Virus record (IMG/VR): IMGVR_UViG_2875683775_000007
DNA from: a virus
Lineage: Duplodnaviria > Heunggongvirae > Uroviricota > Caudoviricetes
Length of the DNA: 15,060 nt
Direction: 5' to 3' (one strand)
The position numbers and the translations under genes are program-made. Numbering within the stretch: the stretch's first letter is position 1; every line of letters begins with the position of its first letter. Below, piece after piece: positions 7,965-15,060 of the stretch. The notes under the pieces are model-generated. The model did no database searches, was not told the origin of the DNA, and saw only the letters and a program-made list of their open reading frames with translations.

Positions 7965-9080
7965 TTAAATTTCAGCTATAAAACCTTCATAATTATTTTG
8001 TAAAAAAGGTTTGATGAACTTACGCTGAGGGGTATAAATCATATCCTGATTTACTAAATCTGAGCGGATATTGAAAGTGGTTGAGAGCATGTTAAAGAAC
8101 ATCCTTTTCTTTTGCTCGTTGCCACCTGCTTTACCACATACCTTTTCCATCATTTCAAGGCATATCACCAGCCACGCATTGTAAAGCTTGGCCTTTTCTT
8201 CGTTAGTTTTTCCGCAAAAGTAAATCGTGTTAATAACCGAGTTAAGAATGAAGTGTCTATCTTCAAGAGGAAATTTTTGCCTTGATAAATGACCATTACC
8301 ATGGAATGTTAAATGATAATAATCTTTGTCAGCAAGAATAGATATATTGTTTGCTACAGATAGAGATTGAACCATAAATATTTTATCTTCAGCTACGGTG
8401 ATAGCTGGGTTGAAGAGAATGTTATGCTCTTTAAGCATATTTCTTCGGAAGAATTTGAAAATAGTTAACGACCGCAAGAGGTGATGCTTGGTTATATCTG
8501 CCTTATCTACAATTTTCACCTTGTATGGACGGATAGGCACCTCGCGATTACCATCTGATGCAATTTTGAAGTAAACAATATCACTATTATTTTTATCAGC
8601 AATATGAACCCCTCTCTCAAGAAGAGTTTCGTCAATATAGTCATCGGAATCCATGAAGAAAATATAACGCCCTTTTGCTGCTTTTATCCCCTCATTTCGC
8701 GGGGTTGAAGCGTTACCTGAACCAATTTCTCGGCGAATAATTCTGTAGTTAATATCCGGTGCTATATTATATTCTATAGCAGCAATGCTTTTGTCACTTG
8801 AACAATCATCGACAAAAATAACCTCAAAGCGATCCTTATTAATTGTTTGGTTATTAAGTGAGTTAATGCATTTAAGAATAAGTTTTTCACGATTATGAAC
8901 AGGGATAACAACTGACACATCTAATGGGCAAAAATGGTTAATCTCATTAACTACAGTCGTTATTTTAGTAAAAGCCGCCAACAAAGCTGTTGTTAAATCA
9001 GTAGAAGATAAAAGGCTTTCTTTTTTAGTATTAGCTTTTATGTTAAAATAGAACCAATTATTACGAGGTACAAAATCCAC
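7965..9080 (-). CDS. Family-2 glycosyltransferase catalytic-domain ORF (downstream part of phase-variable gene; frame stays open upstream through the repeat)
   Basis: VSVVIPVHNRE...FEVIFVDDCSSD...FFMDSDDYID are GT2 (GT-A fold) signature motifs including the DxD. The ORF-track M at 9080 is a GTG with no RBS; in this frame the sequence reads (SQPA)n-FVSV upstream with no stop. Gene is visibly AT-rich compared with the flanking chromosome. Confidence 0.8.
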   Translation of the reverse strand: MDFVPRNNWFYFNIKANTKKESLLSSTDLTTALLAAFTKITTVVNEINHFCPLDVSVVIPVHNREKLILKCINSLNNQTINKDRFEVIFVDDCSSDKSIAAIEYNIAPDINYRIIRREIGSGNASTPRNEGIKAAKGRYIFFMDSDDYIDETLLERGVHIADKNNSDIVYFKIASDGNREVPIRPYKVKIVDKADITKHHLLRSLTIFKFFRRNMLKEHNILFNPAITVAEDKIFMVQSLSVANNISILADKDYYHLTFHGNGHLSRQKFPLEDRHFILNSVINTIYFCGKTNEEKAKLYNAWLVICLEMMEKVCGKAGGNEQKKRMFFNMLSTTFNIRSDLVNQDMIYTPQRKFIKPFLQNNYEGFIAEI

Positions 9081-9082
9081 GC

Positions 9083-9433
<351 letters not shown>

Positions 9434-9976
9434 TGTACAACCTCTATTGTTAGCAATGTTTATTGGTATTCAAAAATAAGGCGCTAATATTGGGGCCACC
9501 ATATCTTTGTCGTGTTTAATTATTGTTTGGCCATTCGCATCACGCTTTGCTATGTGGCGTAATATTATTTATGAGTGCGAATAGTTTCGCTTGTTATTGT
9601 TTTGCTGGTCATAAGTTTGACATAGTCAAATCCACAGAATATCATTTAAGTATATCTAAGAGCCGAGCATTATATGTGCGCATGTATTGGATGTGAAGGT
9701 CGAGCATTAGTCCGGGATGTCATATATTCCTGAAAAGGTAACATGCTTAATAATTGCTAAGAAAGTACATACCTAATCTGAAAGAGTCTGGCTATAGGTT
9801 TGCGCACAAGATCATAGAACTTGTTTTGTTTATAGATAGCACAACATATGGATTTAGTTGAAATTGCATGGATGATTTGATCGCAGGAACTCAGAATTGC
9901 AGATGAGACAAAACTGAGACACACAAAGCTTTGCACTGGATTGCAAGACTTTGTGCTATTCGATAGTTAAGGTGTA

Positions 9977-11134
9977 TCACTCCACCTTTTCATCAATCCA
10001 GTCCGCCCACCACTGCATCATTTCTCTGCGCTTATCTAGATACTGAGCATGGTTGTAAATCCCGCGCACAGATCCGCCGTTGGCATGTGCCAGTTGCACT
10101 TCAATGGCGTCGGCGGGCCATTCGTGCTCGTTCATAATCGTGCTGAATTCATGCCTGAATCCGTGACCGCTTTCCAGACCTTCATAGCCGATTTTTTTGA
10201 TCACAAGCAGTACCGCATTCTCGCAGATTGGCTTCTTCTTATCGTTGCGACCGGCAAAAACAAACTCTGATACTGGTTTAGTGATTGAGCTTAGCGTAGT
10301 GAGAAGTTCAACTACCTGGTCTGACATAGGAACCACATGAATTTTGCGTCCCTTCATCACACTGGCGTCGATGGTGATAATCCTGTTTTCAAAATCGACG
10401 TTCTTCCATAGCATGGAACGAAGCTCTTTCGTTCTTAGGGCTGTGTAGCGCAAAACTTTAGTCGCAATGAGCGATACGATGCTTCCTGAAAATGTTGCAA
10501 GTGCTTTGTTGAATGCCGGGATCTGGTCGGCAGGAAGAAACGGGAAGTTCTTCTTGCGGTATCCCTTCATGGCGTCAGCAAGGTCAGGTGCTGGGTTATA
10601 TTTAGCCCTGCCGGTGACAATAGCGTAACGGAAAACCTCGCCGCATCTTCTGCGGGCTTTGTTGGCTCGCTCCATTGCACCGCGATCTTCGAATCTGCGG
10701 ATTACTTCCAGCAGTTGCATCGGCTCAATATCCTGAATCTCAAGGCCGCCGATGATGGGCAAAATGTCGTCATCAAACATTTTGGCAAGTTCAGTTGCAT
10801 AGCCTACTGACCAGACTTGCTTCTTGTGCTCGTACCATTCCTTGTAAATCGCACTAAATGAATTGTTGTTAGACGAAGCCTTTTTCGCCTTTACCGGGTC
10901 GATGCCAACCGAGATGTCTTTCCTCGCGGTCCATGCTTTATCCCTTGCTTCCTGCAAAGTCATAAGCGGATATTTTCCGACGGTCAGGATTTTCTCCTTA
11001 CCGTCAATCTTGTAGCGAAGCTGCCATACCTTTTTCCCTGACACAGGGACATAAAGGTACAGGCCATTACCATCGAGTAGGCGGTATGGTTTTTCTTTCG
11101 GCTTTGCTGCTTCAATCTGCTTAACGGTGAGCAT
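9977..11134 (-). CDS. intS: P4/KplE1-type tyrosine integrase (385 aa from MLTVKQIE start)
   Basis: Adjacent to the 3' end of argW and co-oriented with it; N-terminus and length match IntS of the argW prophage as I recall it; C-terminal region carries the tyrosine-recombinase catalytic domain. An alternative upstream GTG start at 11170 (ORF track) cannot be excluded. Confidence 0.85.
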   Translation of the reverse strand: MLTVKQIEAAKPKEKPYRLLDGNGLYLYVPVSGKKVWQLRYKIDGKEKILTVGKYPLMTLQEARDKAWTARKDISVGIDPVKAKKASSNNNSFSAIYKEWYEHKKQVWSVGYATELAKMFDDDILPIIGGLEIQDIEPMQLLEVIRRFEDRGAMERANKARRRCGEVFRYAIVTGRAKYNPAPDLADAMKGYRKKNFPFLPADQIPAFNKALATFSGSIVSLIATKVLRYTALRTKELRSMLWKNVDFENRIITIDASVMKGRKIHVVPMSDQVVELLTTLSSITKPVSEFVFAGRNDKKKPICENAVLLVIKKIGYEGLESGHGFRHEFSTIMNEHEWPADAIEVQLAHANGGSVRGIYNHAQYLDKRREMMQWWADWIDEKVE

Positions 11135-11180
11135 GGGTAAAAATCCGGTGGGTAAAATTATTTTATCCACTTTTTACCCG
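11135..11180. promoter_or_regulatory. Clustered GGGTAAAA(A/T) motifs (two direct, one inverted) at the int start, in the attL/int promoter region
   Basis: GGGTAAAAA at 11135-11143, GGGTAAAAT at 11150-11158, inverted copy CTTTTTACCC at 11171-11180; candidate integrase arm-type or RDF binding sites. Confidence 0.35.
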
Positions 11181-11295
11181 TCATGGAGTGCGGCTGTCAA
11201 CGATCTGACGCGAACCATTACGAACTGTGCATCTACAGAAGGCTTGATATTCAGGGGATTTTGCGGACTGGTACGGATGGGGGCGAACTGATAAA

Positions 11296-11370
11296 TGGTG
11301 TCCCCTGCAGGAATCGAACCTGCAATTAGCCCTTAGGAGGGGCTCGTTATATCCATTTAACTAAGAGGAC
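11296..11370 (-). tRNA. argW: tRNA-Arg (anticodon CCU), 75 nt including CCA
   Basis: Reverse complement reads GTCCTCTTAGTTAAATGGATATAACGAGCCCCTCCTAAGGGCTAATTGCAGGTTCGATTCCTGCAGGGGACACCA; cloverleaf with 7-bp acceptor stem, anticodon loop CUCCUAA, T-loop TTCGATT. Confidence 0.95.
11310..11325. other. attL core candidate inside argW (16 bp identical to 221-236)
   Basis: Exact direct repeat of the 221-236 sequence, located in the tRNA T-arm next to the integrase gene. Confidence 0.55.
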
Positions 11371-11445
11371 AATGCGGCATGAGTATACCCGCTAATGGAG
11401 TGCGGGGTAAGTACGCTGCCGCTCGATTGCTTAAACCCTCGCCAT

Positions 11446-12378
11446 TTATGCCGGGTTTTTATAATTTTTCTTAATGTTTTCCGCACGTTCTGCTTTTTGG
11501 CGTGCTTCTGCTTTACGCTTATTGCTCATGTCGTTACGAATCTGTGCATGACTCATTAACGCGAAGATAAAGGTGCCGCCGCAGATGTTCCCCGCTAAAG
11601 TAGGTAGTGCGAAGGGCCAGATGAAATCGCTCCAGTGCAGCGTGCCGTTAAACACCAGATAGAGGATTTCAACAGAACCGACCACGATATGGGTGGTGTC
11701 ACCCAGGGCAATAAGCCAGGTCATCAATATAATCACCACAATCTTTGCCGCACCCGCTGCAGGAAACATCCAAACCATAGTGGCGATCAGCCAGCCGGAA
11801 ATGATCGCGTTGGCAAACATCTCGCTGGGGGTGTTCTTCATCACATCCATGCCGATTTTGACAAATGCATCGCGAGTTTCTTCATTGAAGATAGGCATAT
11901 ATTCAAATGCCCACGCCGCAATACCTGTCCCGAGAATATTACCCAGCAGCACGACGCCCCATAACCGTATAAGTAAGCCGACGTTGCTCATTGTCGGTTT
12001 TTGCATGACGGGTAGTACCGCAGTCACGGTATTTTCGGTAAATAATTGCTGGCGGGCCATAATGACGATAATAAAACCAAAGGTATAACCGAGATTCTCC
12101 AGCAAGAAGCTGCCCGGCACACCTTCCAGTTCGACATGAAATATCCCTTTTGCCAGTAACGAAGCGCCCATCGACAGACCCGCCGCAATGGCTGACCACA
12201 GTAGCGCCATTGCGTCGCGTTCCAGCTCTTTTTCACCATCCTGGCGGATATGCTCATGAATTGCCATCGCCCGGGAGGGGAGTCGGTCTTCATCTATTTC
12301 TATTTTTTTGCCGCGCTCTTTTTCTTCGCTCTCAACTTCAATTTCGTCGCTGTGTTGATCAATTTTGTCGTTGTCCAT
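11446..12378 (-). CDS. yfdC: Inner-membrane protein of the formate/nitrite transporter family
   Basis: 310-aa protein with acidic N-terminal tail followed by multiple hydrophobic helices; sequence and position next to argW match E. coli YfdC as recalled. Confidence 0.85.
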   Translation of the reverse strand: MDNDKIDQHSDEIEVESEEKERGKKIEIDEDRLPSRAMAIHEHIRQDGEKELERDAMALLWSAIAAGLSMGASLLAKGIFHVELEGVPGSFLLENLGYTFGFIIVIMARQQLFTENTVTAVLPVMQKPTMSNVGLLIRLWGVVLLGNILGTGIAAWAFEYMPIFNEETRDAFVKIGMDVMKNTPSEMFANAIISGWLIATMVWMFPAAGAAKIVVIILMTWLIALGDTTHIVVGSVEILYLVFNGTLHWSDFIWPFALPTLAGNICGGTFIFALMSHAQIRNDMSNKRKAEARQKAERAENIKKNYKNPA

Positions 12379-12671
12379 GGTCTCTTCTCTTGAATTAGCA
12401 CGTATAGCTAAAGCGTAGCGGCTTTTTTGCTCGCAACTGACGGGAGTTACTCTGAAAATGTAGAAAAGGCTGCGTTTGCCTTTTTCTGTTTCTATAAAAT
12501 CAAGTAGCCTACAGGGCGGCGATTACCAGGCTATGATCAAATCAGCAAATCAGGGCGTCTGGACATCAGTTGACGTGCTGTTACAATCGCCCACACCTAA
12601 ACAGGCGGATACGGTATCGTTCCGTCATGGATGGCAAACTGCATAAGCCATAAAAAAACAGGGAGACATTT

Positions 12672-13427
12672 ATGAAGCTTCGCCTGTCGGCGCTTGCTCT
12701 GGGAACTACGCTTCTGGTGGGGTGTGCGAGTTCCGGTACAGATCAGCAAGGGCGTTCTGACCCGTTAGAAGGGTTCAACCGCACCATGTACAACTTCAAC
12801 TTCAATGTATTAGACCCGTATATTGTTCGACCGGTCGCTGTCGCCTGGCGTGATTATGTTCCGCAACCGGCGCGTAACGGTTTGAGCAACTTTACTGGCA
12901 ACCTTGAAGAACCTGCGGTGATGGTTAACTACTTCTTGCAGGGCGACCCTTATCAGGGGATGGTCCACTTTACCCGCTTTTTCCTGAACACCATTTTGGG
13001 GATGGGCGGTTTTATTGATGTTGCAGGGATGGCGAACCCGAAACTGCAACGGACTGAACCTCACCGCTTCGGTAGTACGCTTGGTCATTATGGCGTGGGT
13101 TATGGGCCTTACGTCCAGTTACCGTTCTACGGTAGCTTCACGCTGCGTGATGACGGTGGTGATATGGCGGATGGTCTTTACCCGGTTCTTTCCTGGCTGA
13201 CCTGGCCGATGTCTGTGGGTAAATGGACGCTTGAAGGGATAGAAACTCGTGCGCAGTTGTTGGATTCCGATGGTCTGCTGCGTCAGTCGTCCGATCCTTA
13301 TATTATGGTGCGCGAAGCGTACTTCCAGCGTCATGATTTCATCGCTAATGGCGGCGAACTCAAACCGCAGGAAAATCCGAACGCACAAGCGATTCAGGAT
13401 GATTTAAAAGATATTGATTCTGAATAA
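12672..13427 (+). CDS. mlaA: Outer-membrane lipoprotein MlaA (VacJ), phospholipid transport
   Basis: 251 aa, lipobox LLVGC at the N-terminus, conserved MlaA/VacJ core; divergent from yfdC as in E. coli. Confidence 0.9.
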   Translation: MKLRLSALALGTTLLVGCASSGTDQQGRSDPLEGFNRTMYNFNFNVLDPYIVRPVAVAWRDYVPQPARNGLSNFTGNLEEPAVMVNYFLQGDPYQGMVHFTRFFLNTILGMGGFIDVAGMANPKLQRTEPHRFGSTLGHYGVGYGPYVQLPFYGSFTLRDDGGDMADGLYPVLSWLTWPMSVGKWTLEGIETRAQLLDSDGLLRQSSDPYIMVREAYFQRHDFIANGGELKPQENPNAQAIQDDLKDIDSE

Positions 13428-13440
13428 GAAACAAATAAAA

Positions 13441-13471
13441 AAGGTGAGTCGCAAAACTCACCTTTTTTGTT
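13441..13471. terminator. Bidirectional rho-independent terminator between mlaA and the convergent downstream gene
   Basis: AAGGTGAGT-CGCAAA-ACTCACCTT hairpin flanked by an A-run upstream and a T-run downstream, so both strands get a U-tail. Confidence 0.8.
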
Positions 13472-13608
13472 GTTATCCCTCAATTACCACAAGTAAAAGG
13501 AGATAAACCGACAATGACCCGGACGTAATGATGTAAAAATACTGATGTTCGTCACTGACTATTTCCGATATTCAGGCGTTGAAAAATCAAAAAACTGGAA
13601 AAATAATT

Positions 13609-13911
13609 TTAAATATCATCAAAATTAACACCTGGCGCAGATAGTTGATTAATTTCATTTTGATATTTCGCCTGGCGATTTTGAAGTCTTTTTTCAACGT
13701 TATCTTCGAGATCCTTAAAGTCTTTGTATTTATTTTCAGGATGGTCAACGTCAACTTTGTTAGCGAATAAATTAGAAATTATTTCTTTTACATTATCGCG
13801 TCTAAATTTTGCATCGTCCACTTGAAAATCATATCTTATTGCTCGACCATAACGTTTAAAAACGTCGTTTGGTTCTCTCAGTCTTTCCCCGTTGAGCTCG
13901 TTTACAACCTG
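13609..13911 (-). pseudogene. 3' portion of a chromosomal gene split by IS1 (C-terminal 100 codons)
   Basis: Frame is open from the IS1 junction (QVV at 13903-13911) to the stop at 13609; the ORF-track start at 13821 is a GTG within this frame. By synteny with E. coli K-12 this would be the gene next to mlaA (possibly yfdF), but I do not recognise the sequence itself. Confidence 0.6.
13903..13911. repeat. IS1 target-site duplication, left copy (TACAACCTG)
   Basis: 9-bp sequence identical to 14680-14688 directly flanking the IS1 ends. Confidence 0.9.
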
Positions 13912-13966
13912 GGTGATGCTGCCAACTTACTGATTTAGTGTATGATGGTGTTTTTGAGGTGCTCCA

Positions 13967-14242
13967 GTGGCTTCTGTTTCTATCAGCTGTCCCTCCTGTT
14001 CAGCTACTGACGGGGTGGTGCGTAACGGCAAAAGCACCGCCGGACATCAGCGCTATCTCTGCTCTCACTGCCGTAAAACATGGCAACTGCAGTTCACTTA
14101 CACCGCTTCTCAACCCGGTACGCACCAGAAAATCATTGATATGGCCATGAATGGCGTTGGATGCCGGGCAACTGCCCGCATTATGGGCGTTGGCCTCAAC
14201 ACGATTTTACGTCACTTAAAAAACTCAGGCCGCAGTCGGTAA
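13967..14242 (+). CDS. insA: IS1 InsA (transposition inhibitor/N-terminal part of InsAB' transposase)
   Basis: 91-aa protein [23 protein letters not shown]... matches IS1 InsA. Confidence 0.9.
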
Positions 14243-14664
14243 CCTCGCGCATACAGCCGGGCAGTGACGTCATCGTCTGCGCGGAAATGGACGAACAGTG
14301 GGGCTATGTCGGGGCTAAATCGCGCCAGCGCTGGCTGTTTTACGCGTATGACAGTCTCCGGAAGACGGTTGTTGCGCACGTATTCGGTGAACGCACTATG
14401 GCGACGCTGGGGCGTCTTATGAGCCTGCTGTCACCCTTTGACGTGGTGATATGGATGACGGATGGCTGGCCGCTGTATGAATCCCGCCTGAAGGGAAAGC
14501 TGCACGTAATCAGCAAGCGATATACGCAGCGAATTGAGCGGCATAACCTGAATCTGAGGCAGCACCTGGCACGGCTGGGACGGAAGTCGCTGTCGTTCTC
14601 AAAATCGGTGGAGCTGCATGACAAAGTCATCGGGCATTATCTGAACATAAAACACTATCAATAA
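14161..14664 (+). CDS. insB: IS1 InsB reading frame (expressed as InsAB' transposase by programmed -1 frameshift)
   Basis: 167-aa frame [21 protein letters not shown]... matching IS1 InsB; overlaps the insA 3' end in the -1 frame. Confidence 0.85.
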
Positions 14665-14679
14665 GTTGGAGTCATTACC

Positions 14680-14688
14680 TACAACCTG
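14680..14688. repeat. IS1 target-site duplication, right copy (TACAACCTG)
   Basis: Identical to 13903-13911. Confidence 0.9.
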
Positions 14689-15060
14689 ATGATCGGAACC
14701 AGTTGCAAATGATTCTGCCATGATAGCTTTACTGCTTTCAAACCACGCTGAAGCACTCCTGGCGTTTTCACTACAATATTGGGTGAGACTATCACCATTA
14801 ATACGAATTCCTCTTTGAATGTGGTAGTCGTCCTGATCGTAGTAACCGAGAGATAAGTAATCATTTCCGTTTTTATTTTTAATTACAATAGCGAGAGAGT
14901 CGCCTTTTTTATCTTTACCGTACCAGGTAAATAAGTCCGTTGGTTCGCTTTTCCCGCTCTCATCAAATTCCGTTACCGTATGTCTGAGTTTGTGTGATAT
15001 CTTATCGAAGATAAAACCAGGATCTCCATCATATATTTCTTTTAATGCGCTGAAGATCAT
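14680..15060 (-). pseudogene. 5' portion of the same IS1-interrupted gene (runs to the window edge; may continue beyond it)
   Basis: 127 native codons ending in QVV (the TSD) before the ORF-track frame runs into IS1; joins in frame to 13609-13911 once IS1 and one TSD copy are removed. Confidence 0.6.

Larger units (their letters stand above)
13912..14679 (+). mobile_element. Insertion sequence IS1 (768 bp) with terminal inverted repeats
   Basis: Begins GGTGATGCTGCCAACTTACTGAT and ends ...AAGTTGGAGTCATTACC, the canonical IS1 termini; contains insA and insB with the A6C frameshift motif (TTAAAAAACTC at 14216-14226). Confidence 0.95.

Noticed and set aside
11135-11170. Upstream extension of int to the GTG at 11170 (397 aa)
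   Set aside because: The extension is made of the repeated GGGTAAAA motifs and reads as regulatory DNA; the 385-aa start at 11134 matches IntS length. Not excluded, because no strong RBS is seen for either start.
11635-12398. Plus-strand ORFs overlapping yfdC (11635-11964, 11693-12088, 12150-12398) and minus-strand ORFs 11939-12199 and 12024-12293
   Set aside because: All overlap the well-supported yfdC frame in other frames or antisense; compositions look like frame shadows.
12810-13388. ORFs antisense or out of frame within mlaA (12810-13088, 13015-13200, 13119-13388)
   Set aside because: Overlap a conserved gene; no start signals.
13938-14630. ORFs 13938-14150 (plus) and 14340-14630 (minus) inside IS1
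   Set aside because: Alternative-frame and antisense shadows of insA/insB; IS1 coding capacity is fully explained by insA and insB.

Overview
The window holds the integrase-proximal ~11 kb of a P22-like prophage remnant integrated at tRNA-Arg(CCU) (argW), followed by chromosomal genes yfdC and mlaA and an IS1 insertion that splits a downstream gene. All calls rest on reading the sequence and on recalled protein families; no searches were run. From the left, the prophage carries a TorI/AlpA-type excisionase gene, a 16-bp copy of the argW core, an isolated hypothetical gene, the 3' end of an ejection-protein operon (partial gp20-like ORF plus gp16-like gene), two small secreted-protein genes, a complete P22-type immI module (mnt, arc, ant with both operators), a mosaic tailspike gene, a glycosyltransferase locus and intS. 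The most striking feature is that the family-2 glycosyltransferase gene is interrupted by a perfect (GGCT)47 tetranucleotide tract (AGCC on the coding strand). This tract currently puts the N-terminal ORF and the catalytic-domain ORF out of frame, which is the signature of a slipped-strand phase-variable contingency gene, here sitting in the lysogenic-conversion slot between tailspike and integrase. Several ORF-track starts shown as M are actually GTG codons (9080, 11170, 13821), so start sites are approximate.
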